Under the pieces are notes generated by a model. The model saw only the letters and a list, made by a program, of their open reading frames with translations. It was not told where the DNA came from and ran no database searches. DNA of 36,209 nucleotides from a bacterium (GTDB lineage Bacteria; Patescibacteriota; UBA1384; DTJR01). The stretch spans positions 1-36,209 of the forward strand of contig JBDRAU010000027.1 in the NCBI GenBank assembly GCA_043823315.1. The letters run 5' to 3'. Below are positions 23,131 to 30,512 of the stretch, one piece after another (the first letter of the stretch is position 1; each line of letters begins with the position of its first letter). The position numbers were made by a program, and so were the translations under genes.

Positions 23131-25107
23131 ATGAGTAAAAATTTAGTCATTGTAGAGTCTCCGGCCAAAGCAAGTACAATCAATAAATATTTAGGAAGCG
23201 ACTATGTTGTTGCAGCTTCGTTTGGGCATATTCGCGATTTGCCTGCTTCGAAACTCGGGGTTGATACCGAGAAAAACTTTGAGCCGAGCTATATAATTCC
23301 AACCAAAAGCAAAAAAGCCGTTTCAGCTTTAAGAAAACTTGCCGAAAAAGCAGAGCTTGTTTATCTCGCGACCGACCTTGATCGCGAAGGAGAAGCTATT
23401 TCGTTTCATATAACTGAGGCTCTTGGCGAAAAAAATGAGAAACTGAAAATCAAGGGTGGAAAATATCGAAGGATTACCTTTTCGGAAATTACCAAGAGTG
23501 CAGTTACTAATGCTGTGCAAAATCCAAGAGATATAAATATGGACCTTGTTGATGCCCAGCAGGGGCGACGGGTTATTGACCGGTTGGTTGGATATAATTT
23601 AAGTCCGCTTCTCTGGAAAAAAATCTATAAAGGATTATCGGCCGGACGCGTGCAGTCGGTAGCGGTGCGCTTAGTCGTTGATCGCGAGAGGGAAATAGAA
23701 GCTTTCAAGCCCGTAGAATTCTGGTCGGTTGAAGCAGTATTTTCGCGCGATAAAAAAGAATTTTCTGGAAAATTAGTCGAAGCAGATGGCAAAGAAATTG
23801 AAAAGCTTACTGTCAAGAATGAAAAAGAAGCTGCTGAGATTTTAAAAAAGTTAGAAAATGGCAAGTATCAAGTAGTTGATCTTAAGGAGAAAGAAGAAAA
23901 ACGTCATCCCTATGCTCCGTTTACAACCTCTACCCTCCAACAAGATGCATCGAGTCGACTTGGCTTTTCGGCGAGGCAAACCATGCGACTGGCCCAGGGA
24001 CTTTACGAGTCGGGATTGATTACATACATGAGAACGGATTCTGTTAATATTTCCACCCAGGCGATTTCCGGAATGCGAAAATACATTTCCAAAAATTATC
24101 CAAAGTCTTTGCCTGATGCGCCGAGGGTTTATAAATCAAAGTCAAAAGGTGCACAAGAAGCGCACGAAGCTATTCGTCCGTCTGATGTTAACAAAACCGC
24201 CGATTCTATTTCAGGCGAACCAGGAGCCAAGAAGCTTTACGATTTAATTTGGCGCCGGGCGCTTGCCTCGCAAATGAAAGAAGCTGTTTTGGATATTGTT
24301 GAAATTAAAATTGACAACAAGGGGTTCATCTTCTCGTCGCGCGGGCAGATGATTAAATTTAAGGGTTGGATTGAGCTTTATCCTGAAAAGATTACTGAAG
24401 CGAGTCTGCCGCGCTTAGCAATAAAAGACATAGTCGATTTGAAAAAACTTGATAAATTTCAACACTTTACCGAGCCACCCGGGCGATATTCCGAGGCAAC
24501 TCTCGTCAAAGCGCTCGAGGAAAAGGGGATTGGCCGACCTTCTACTTATGCGCCAACAATCTCTACGATCCAAGATCGCGGTTATGTGATCAAAGATTCT
24601 GGACGATTGAAGCCAGAGAAAATCGGGTTTATAGTTAATGATCTTCTGGTAGAGAATTTTCCGGACATTGTCGACTACGACTTCACTGCTAAAATCGAAG
24701 AAGAACTTGACTTGGTTGCCGAGGGCAAAATCAAATGGCAGGATGTTGTTTCGGAAATATGGGTGCCGTTCAAAAAAGAGCTTGAGGGAAAAGGTGAGAA
24801 AATTGCCAAAATGGATATGGACGAAAAACTCGAGGAAAAATGTCCGCAGTGCGGCAAGAATCTGGTCATCAAGCAGTCAAAGCGCGGTAAGTTTATCGGC
24901 TGTACCGGTTTTCCCGATTGCAGGTATTTAAGAAATTTTATCGATGAAAAAACGCAAAGTAAGATCGACGAGGGCGAGGCGGCAATTAAGGGAAGAAAAT
25001 GCCCCAATTGTGATGCTGACCTTAAGATTGCCTCGGGGCGTTTCGGGCCATTTATCGGCTGCAGCGCTTATCCAAAGTGCAAGTATATAGAAAAGATAAA
25101 AAAATAA
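23131..25107 (+). CDS. topA: DNA topoisomerase I
   Basis: TOPRIM region (LVIVESPAKA...ATDLDREGEAI), active-site region GLITYMRTDS, and C-terminal Cys4 zinc ribbons (CPQCGKNL...CTGFPDC; CPNCDADL...CSAYPKC). Confidence 0.95.
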   Translation: MSKNLVIVESPAKASTINKYLGSDYVVAASFGHIRDLPASKLGVDTEKNFEPSYIIPTKSKKAVSALRKLAEKAELVYLATDLDREGEAISFHITEALGEKNEKLKIKGGKYRRITFSEITKSAVTNAVQNPRDINMDLVDAQQGRRVIDRLVGYNLSPLLWKKIYKGLSAGRVQSVAVRLVVDREREIEAFKPVEFWSVEAVFSRDKKEFSGKLVEADGKEIEKLTVKNEKEAAEILKKLENGKYQVVDLKEKEEKRHPYAPFTTSTLQQDASSRLGFSARQTMRLAQGLYESGLITYMRTDSVNISTQAISGMRKYISKNYPKSLPDAPRVYKSKSKGAQEAHEAIRPSDVNKTADSISGEPGAKKLYDLIWRRALASQMKEAVLDIVEIKIDNKGFIFSSRGQMIKFKGWIELYPEKITEASLPRLAIKDIVDLKKLDKFQHFTEPPGRYSEATLVKALEEKGIGRPSTYAPTISTIQDRGYVIKDSGRLKPEKIGFIVNDLLVENFPDIVDYDFTAKIEEELDLVAEGKIKWQDVVSEIWVPFKKELEGKGEKIAKMDMDEKLEEKCPQCGKNLVIKQSKRGKFIGCTGFPDCRYLRNFIDEKTQSKIDEGEAAIKGRKCPNCDADLKIASGRFGPFIGCSAYPKCKYIEKIKK

Positions 25108-25205
25108 TTATGAATTTTGAATTTCGAATAAATTTCGATTGTAAGATTGTTTCAAACATTCAATAAATAAAAATTCATTCGAAACTCGAAACTCGAAATT
25201 AAGTT

Positions 25206-25808
25206 ATGTCTAAATTACCTCGCAATATCAAACTAGCCATAGAGTCATTCTCCACCCTTCCTGGCATTGGCCCAAAATCTGCTGCGAGGATAGTTTTTTA
25301 TATGCTCACGAGACCCGACGAATTTGCAGGTGGGGTGGGGGAGTCAATTAGTAATTTGAAAAAAGATCTGATTATTTGTTCAACATGCTATAACTATAGT
25401 GAGGATGATCCTTGTGACATTTGCTCGTCCGATGAGCGTGACGAGTCGGTTATCTGCGTAGTCGAGGAACCGCTTGATGTGATAGCGCTCGAGCGAGCTA
25501 ATTTTAAAGGTCTCTACCATGTTTTGGGTGCGGCGATTTCTCCAATTAACGGCATTACGGCTGACGATATTCGCATAAATGAGCTTCTTGAGCGCATGAA
25601 GAAGGATTCTGATAAAATTAAAGAAGTAATATTTGCTACCAATCCTTCGCTTGAGGGTGAGGCAACGGCGCAATATATTGCTGATCGATTAAAGGGTTAT
25701 CAGTTAAAATTAACCAGGTTGGCAAGAGGGCTGCCAGTCGGCGGAGATTTGGAATACGCAGACGAGGTTACCTTGTCCCGCTCACTCGAAGGTCGAAGTG
25801 AGATATAA
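25206..25808 (+). CDS. recR: Recombination protein RecR
   Basis: HhH (LPGIGPKSAARI), a Cys4 motif (CSTCYNYSEDDPCDIC) and a Toprim domain (VCVVEEPLDV...ATNPSLEGEATA). Confidence 0.95.
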   Translation: MSKLPRNIKLAIESFSTLPGIGPKSAARIVFYMLTRPDEFAGGVGESISNLKKDLIICSTCYNYSEDDPCDICSSDERDESVICVVEEPLDVIALERANFKGLYHVLGAAISPINGITADDIRINELLERMKKDSDKIKEVIFATNPSLEGEATAQYIADRLKGYQLKLTRLARGLPVGGDLEYADEVTLSRSLEGRSEI

Positions 25809-26018
25809 TTGCAAATATAATTAATGAAGCTTGCCCCGCATAAAGCGCACGGCGTGACAGAATGTAATTCTGTAAGCCAGTAAGCTTATGTGCGGGGGAA
25901 GAGGAGAGATATGACGCTGCGCGTCATCCTGCCTGCCTGCCGTAGCCTTGGCGAAGGTAGGAGCACAGTTGAGGTCCATATTTTGTGAGCGTAGCCAGAT
26001 AAATTCAAGGAGTAAGAG

Positions 26019-26252
26019 ATGGAAGAGACAATTGAGGATGCAGCGAAGTTTTGTCCCGCATGTGGCTATGAGGGCAACGATGTAGTGTGTCCGGTTTGCA
26101 ATGAAAAGATGGAATCGCTCGACGAGGAAGTTAACCGTGTTGCCGAGCTTGAAAAGAAAAAAGATGTAACCGAGGATGCAGGGCTTGATGATGAAGTTAG
26201 TTTGGAGGAAGTAGCGAAGGAAGAAGAGAAAAGAAATAGTTCATCAAGTTAA
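26019..26252 (+). CDS. Small acidic zinc-ribbon protein
   Basis: CPACGYEGNDVVCPVCN followed by an acidic tail. AAGGAG RBS upstream. 77 aa. Confidence 0.5.
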   Translation: MEETIEDAAKFCPACGYEGNDVVCPVCNEKMESLDEEVNRVAELEKKKDVTEDAGLDDEVSLEEVAKEEEKRNSSSS

Positions 26253-26349
26253 AAAGTTCATAAAGTTCGTAAAGTATTTTAAACAACATCTTACATAGTT
26301 CCGTATCTACTTTATAAACTTTCTAACTTTAAAAACTTTATAAACTCAT

Positions 26350-27924
26350 ATGAAGATATACAACACCCTCTCTCGAACCAAGGAAGAAATTACTCCGATC
26401 TCTGGCGATGTTATTAGGATCTATTCTTGCGGTTTGACGGTTTATGACTATGCCCATATAGGGAACTTACGAAAATACATTTTCGACGACGTGCTAAAAA
26501 GAACGCTTGAATATTTTGACTATAAGGTTAAGCATATTCAGAACGTTACTGACGTTGGGCATTTAACTTCCGACGAGGATGAGGGCGAGGATAAAATTGA
26601 AAAAAGTGCCACAAGGGAGGGTAAAACTGCTTTTGAAATTGCTAAATTTTATGAGAAAGCTTTCGTTGAAGATTTAAAAAAGTTGAATATAGAATTACCG
26701 GACGAAATGCCAAAAGCAACCGAAAATATTCAAGAACAAATAGAATTAGTCAAAAAATTAGAAGAAAAAGGTTTTACATATAAAACGTCGGATGGAATTT
26801 ATTTTAATACATCTAAACTAAAAGATTATGGTAAGCTAGCCAGACTTGATATCGAGAACTTAAAAGAGGGGAGTCGGGTAGAGAAAAATCTCGAAAAGAA
26901 GAATCCAACCGACTTTGCACTCTGGAAATTGAGCCCTGATGGCGAGCGAATGGGGACTGTCCCCTCGCCGGGGACTGTCCCCGAAGCTCCGAGCGGTTCA
27001 AAACAGTTTACTTCGAGCGGAGCGAGAAGACAGATGGAGTGGCCTTCACCTTGGGGTGTGGGCTTTCCGGGCTGGCACCTCGAATGCTCTGCGATGGCGA
27101 CAAAATTTCTAGGTCAGCCGTTTGAAATTCACACCGGAGGCGTTGATCACATTGCAGTTCACCACACTAACGAAATAGCCCAAAGCGAAGCTGCTTGCGA
27201 TAAACCCTTGGCAAAATATTGGGTTCATAGCGAGCATCTTTTAGAGGACGGCCGAAAAATGGCGAAGTCGGATGGGCATTTTATTCGTCTTCAAGACTTG
27301 GAGGAAAAAGGTTACTCACCGCTTGATTATCGTTATTTATGTTTGACGGCTAGTTATCGTAGTAAGCTTGATTTTTCGTGGAAATCGTTTGATGCGGCTC
27401 GCTCCGCTCGCCGTAAAATAAATGACGCTTATAACCTAGTCTGTCATCCTGAATCTCCCCCGCGTCATCCCGAGCTTGTCGAGGGATCTGTCGCGAATGC
27501 GACATCTAACCCCTCTGTCATCCCGAGCGACGCGCAGGGGACTGTCCCCATGGGGTCTGTCCCCGAAGCGGAGTCGAGGGATCTATCATCCTTCAACAAA
27601 GCCCTCGCCGATGATCTTGATACTCCTCGAGCTCTTGCTTTCATTTTCAAAAATCTCTCTAGATTAAGCTCTGCTGAATTTGAAAAAATAGACGAAATTT
27701 TTGCAATCCTTGAAAAAATTGAGACTAAAAAAGAAGACGGAATTATTATTGAAGGTTATGCACCGCGGGAAGTTATCAAATTAGCTCTGGAGCGCCAAAA
27801 AGCTCGCGAGCAAAAGAATTTCAAAAAATCCGATGAGCTGCGTGACAAAATCTCAAAACTTGGTTTTAACATTGAAGACACCCAAGACGGACCGAAGATC
27901 TCCTCTATGTCATCCCGACCGTAG
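26350..27924 (+). CDS. cysS: Cysteinyl-tRNA synthetase carrying two in-frame insertions and a C-terminal tail derived from GC-rich repeat units
   Basis: HIGH region (YAHIGNLR), PWGVGFPGWHLECSAM, and a KMSKS-like KMAKSDG. Extra segments at about 26947-27033 and 27442-27591 consist of the hairpin repeat families found in the intergenic clusters. Confidence 0.9.
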   Translation: MKIYNTLSRTKEEITPISGDVIRIYSCGLTVYDYAHIGNLRKYIFDDVLKRTLEYFDYKVKHIQNVTDVGHLTSDEDEGEDKIEKSATREGKTAFEIAKFYEKAFVEDLKKLNIELPDEMPKATENIQEQIELVKKLEEKGFTYKTSDGIYFNTSKLKDYGKLARLDIENLKEGSRVEKNLEKKNPTDFALWKLSPDGERMGTVPSPGTVPEAPSGSKQFTSSGARRQMEWPSPWGVGFPGWHLECSAMATKFLGQPFEIHTGGVDHIAVHHTNEIAQSEAACDKPLAKYWVHSEHLLEDGRKMAKSDGHFIRLQDLEEKGYSPLDYRYLCLTASYRSKLDFSWKSFDAARSARRKINDAYNLVCHPESPPRHPELVEGSVANATSNPSVIPSDAQGTVPMGSVPEAESRDLSSFNKALADDLDTPRALAFIFKNLSRLSSAEFEKIDEIFAILEKIETKKEDGIIIEGYAPREVIKLALERQKAREQKNFKKSDELRDKISKLGFNIEDTQDGPKISSMSSRP

Positions 27925-28331
27925 TGGAGGGATCTGGTATGTCATTACGCCCCCGAGCTTTGTGTCATTGCGAGCCAGGCGAAGCAATCTCATAATACTG
28001 TTCGAGCTTGTCGAGAACTTCCCTCGGAGCCCAAGCTTCAGCTTGTTTTTGTTCGGAGCCCAGGTTTTAACCTGTTTCTCACACTAAAGTGTGTTTTCCT
28101 GTCTTTTGCGGAGCCCAAGCTTTAGCTTGTTTTTTTTCTTCGAGCACGAGTTTTATGTCATTGCGCGGTTTGCGAGAGCTTTTGCGAGGTGGAATCGCAA
28201 AATTCCTAAGCGCAAACCTAATCGGAAGCGCGGCAATCTGGTTTGTCATCCTGAACTGACCCTCCTGGCATCCTCGAGCCGGAAGAATTCCGACAACTTG
28301 TCCCGCACCGGATGCGGGATCGGGGATCTAG
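27908..28331. repeat. Cluster of GC-rich hairpin repeats (families A, B, C and the C+D composite) downstream of and overlapping the end of cysS
   Basis: A units start at 27908, 27939, 27962, 28155 and 28243. B unit at 28000-28018. C units at 28026 and 28109. C+D composite at 28055-28099. Confidence 0.7.
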
Positions 28332-28363
28332 ATATTCGAAATTAGAATTTTAAATTTAACTAA

Positions 28364-28390
28364 AAAAGGACCCTTGCGGATCCTTTTTTA
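28364..28390. terminator. Bidirectional terminator-like hairpin between the convergent cysS region and the RRM gene
   Basis: AAAAAAGGACCCTTGCGGATCCTTTTTT. Confidence 0.5.
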
Positions 28391-28397
28391 GTTGCTG

Positions 28398-28667
28398 TTA
28401 CTCTCTTTCTCTAGGAGCACGTGCGATGTTGACCTTAAGAGGTCTTCCATCCATGTCTTTCCCGTCGAGATCTTTCACAGCTTTATCGGCCAATTCGTCG
28501 GTTCCCATTGTGACGAAACCGAAACCTTTTGATCTTCCTGACATTTTGTCAGTAATGACCACGGAATCAGTAACTTCACCTACTTCTGAAAAAAGAGTTT
28601 TTAACTCTTCTGCAGTAGCAGAATATGGCAAGTTGCCAACGTATAGCCTATTTTTCTGTTCTTCCAT
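28398..28667 (-). CDS. RRM-type RNA-binding protein (RNP-1/RNP-2)
   Basis: RNP-2 LYVGNL and RNP-1 KGFGFVTM. 89 aa. Confidence 0.9.
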   Translation of the reverse strand: MEEQKNRLYVGNLPYSATAEELKTLFSEVGEVTDSVVITDKMSGRSKGFGFVTMGTDELADKAVKDLDGKDMDGRPLKVNIARAPRERE

Positions 28668-28820
28668 CTTGTTTGGCCCGTCTGACTCTCTTGCGATTTG
28701 TCTGATCGGGCTTCCTTAGATCTTATTGCCCCGTCTACCATTTTAAAAAAATAGTCGGGGACTTGTTCGACCCGTTTGAATTCCTCGGGCTATTCACCAA
28801 CGAGTCTCCAAACTGCATAT

Positions 28821-28849
28821 AGTATACCATATCTACCCTTTAAAGTCAA
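28821..28849 (-). promoter_or_regulatory. Near-consensus promoter of the RRM gene (TTGACT-17-TATACT), implying a ~145-nt 5' UTR
   Basis: Plus-strand agtcaa at 28844-28849 and agtata at 28821-28826, with a 17-nt spacer. Confidence 0.5.
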
Positions 28850-28874
28850 TATGGTATAACCTTATCCCGCAAAC

Positions 28875-29272
28875 CCTCCGCGTCATCCCTAACCAAACCC
28901 CTCTGTCATCCTGAACTCGTTTCAGGATCCAGAGAAACCGTCCTCCGCATTTTTTGCTATAATCGCCTCAAGTATGGCATCGACATCCCTCTGTCATCCC
29001 GCACTTGATGCGGGATCTAGTATATAAAAAATCGCCATGAGGCGATTCTTATAATCATATTGTTCGAGCCCTGCCTGCCGGCAGCAGGTCGTCGAGAACC
29101 CGCAAACCCACAATTATTATTGTTCGAGCTTGTCGAGAACCACCCTCGGAGCCCAGGTTTTAACCTGTTTCTCACGATAAATTGTGTTCTCCGGTATGGA
29201 GTCCAAACTTCAGTTTGGTAAATACGATAAATAATGGCCTCCAAAACAAATGGAGCTCAAACTTTAGTTTGC
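28875..29272. repeat. Cluster of GC-rich hairpin repeats (families A, B, C and the C+D composite)
   Basis: A: TGTCATCCTGAACTCGTTTCAGGATCC (about 28903) and TGTCATCCCGCACTTGATGCGGGATCTAG (28992-29020). B at 29051-29099 (with the CCTGCCTGCCGGCAG insert) and 29121-29140. C+D composite at 29148-29192. C units at about 29197 and 29251. Confidence 0.7.
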
Positions 29273-29316
29273 GAACATTTGACACAGCTAAAATACCCGC
29301 CTAAAATGTAAATACT

Positions 29317-29619
29317 ATGAAAAAGAAAAGTGATGTAACGTTAGATGAAGTACTAGAGGCTGTAAACAACGGTTTTACCGGTGTTCAGGAACAAATCAAT
29401 GACCTCAAGACCGATATTTTTGGTCTCAAGACCGATGTTTCCGGCCTCAAGACCGATGTCGGTGGGCTGAAACACGATATGGTTTGGGTAAAAGATACAT
29501 TGGAAAAACACACTACTATGCTCAAACGCCTCGACGAAGAGCGTATATTCACCTTAAATTATGTTAAGCGTCTTGAAAAAGAAATTGCTTTCATCAAAAA
29601 GCATCTCAAGATAGCGTAG
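29317..29619 (+). CDS. Small coiled-coil protein with four tandem heptads (LKTDIFG LKTDVSG LKTDVGG LKHDMVW)
   Basis: 100 aa. 21-nt DNA repeats span about 29404-29487. No homolog recognised. Confidence 0.55.
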   Translation: MKKKSDVTLDEVLEAVNNGFTGVQEQINDLKTDIFGLKTDVSGLKTDVGGLKHDMVWVKDTLEKHTTMLKRLDEERIFTLNYVKRLEKEIAFIKKHLKIA

Positions 29620-29686
29620 AATTCCGTGTCATCCCGCACTTGATGCGGGATCTAGCGAATACAAAAATCGCCACAAAGCGATTTTT

Positions 29687-29695
29687 TGCTATAAT
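29687..29695 (+). promoter_or_regulatory. Extended -10 promoter element (TGcTATAAT) placed so that transcription would start at or next to the ATG of the NYN gene (leaderless)
   Basis: TG at 29687-29688, TATAAT at 29690-29695, ATG at 29702. No SD sequence lies in between. Confidence 0.4.
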
Positions 29696-29701
29696 TACTA
29701 T

Positions 29702-30244
29702 ATGCGAACAAAAAGCAAACTTTCTGCTCAAAGCCCAAAACCCAATAATTATGCTTTCATTGACGGGCAAAATGTAAATTTGGCTATTCGGGATTTGGGC
29801 TGGAAGTTGGATTTCAAAAGATTTCGGGTTTATCTCAAAGAGAAATATAATGTTGAAAAGGCTTATTATTTTATCGGTTATGTCGAGGGAAATGAAATTT
29901 TATATCAATCACTTCAGGAATATGGCTATATTTGCATCTTTAAGCCGACGCTGGCGGGTCCTGACGGCAAAATCAAGGGCAACTGTGATGCTGAGCTGGT
30001 TTTGCACACCATGATCGAATATCCAAATTATAATCAGGCGGTAATAGCTAGCGGAGATGGCGACTTTGCATGTCTTGTTGAATATTTAATCGAAAAAGAT
30101 AAGCTCAGAACTGTCTTAGCTCCAAATTTTAAAAAAAGCTCATGGCTTTTACGCCGTGTGGCACAGGATAGGTATATAGCTTTTATGAATAATCTGAGGC
30201 AAAAGTTGGAGTTAAAAGATAAAAAAAAGAAAAAGGTTCCCTAA
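29702..30244 (+). CDS. NYN/LabA-like (PIN-fold) domain protein
   Basis: YAFIDGQNVNLAI...AYYFIGY...GNCDAELVLHTM...AVIASGDGDFACLVEYL matches the LabA/NYN (DUF88) acidic-residue pattern. Confidence 0.8.
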   Translation: MRTKSKLSAQSPKPNNYAFIDGQNVNLAIRDLGWKLDFKRFRVYLKEKYNVEKAYYFIGYVEGNEILYQSLQEYGYICIFKPTLAGPDGKIKGNCDAELVLHTMIEYPNYNQAVIASGDGDFACLVEYLIEKDKLRTVLAPNFKKSSWLLRRVAQDRYIAFMNNLRQKLELKDKKKKKVP

Positions 30245-30298
30245 GGACGAACCTTTCAGAAACCTTTCTCATGGTGATCTTACAGTAAGTATATCCCA

Positions 30299-30327
30299 TT
30301 GACAAACGGGTGTCAAGGTGGTATATT
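30299..30327 (+). promoter_or_regulatory. Consensus promoter (TTGACA-17-TATATT) at the left edge of the high-GC cassette
   Basis: TTGACA at 30299-30304, a 17-nt spacer, and TATATT at 30322-30327. Confidence 0.55.
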
Positions 30328-30333
30328 GGAGCG

Positions 30334-30512
30334 CTGTATTCGTACAGCTTGACCCCGATCGCGGGGTAGCTACATCCCCACACTCTTTGAGAGTGTAGGG
30401 GATAGGGACAACCGCTCTTGCCACGTTTGACGTGGTTAGCGGCCCCGCGGATCTACAGATCCCTCCGTAGCCTACGAGGCGAAGGGGGATGTACATTGAG
30501 GAGGTGGCCAAA
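30334..30512 (+). ncRNA. Long, highly structured 5' leader (or separate ncRNA) preceding the high-GC ORF
   Basis: Hairpins: GCUGUA-UUCG-UACAGC (30333-30348), ACCCCG-AUCG-CGGGGU (30352-30367), AUCCCCACACUCU..AGAGUGUAGGGGAU (30374-30403), CCACG-UUUGA-CGUGG (30421-30435) and GGAUCU-AC-AGAUCC (30449-30462). Possible closing helix GGAGCG/CGCUCU. Confidence 0.4.

Noticed and set aside
25108-25205. AT-rich repeats with partial dyad symmetry: the TTTCGA/TCGAAA series between topA and recR, AAAGTTCATAAAGT-type repeats at 26253-26349, and GAAAATTG repeats at 14050-14090.
   Set aside because: In AT-rich spacers, low-complexity imperfect dyads are expected by chance. They could equally be weak terminators or UP-like elements. 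I could not define a consistent family.
21694-29272. Possibility that the clustered repeats are CRISPR arrays.
   Set aside because: There is no constant-length direct repeat alternating with unique spacers. The units are palindromic, belong to several families, occur in both orientations and have irregular spacing. No cas genes are in the window.
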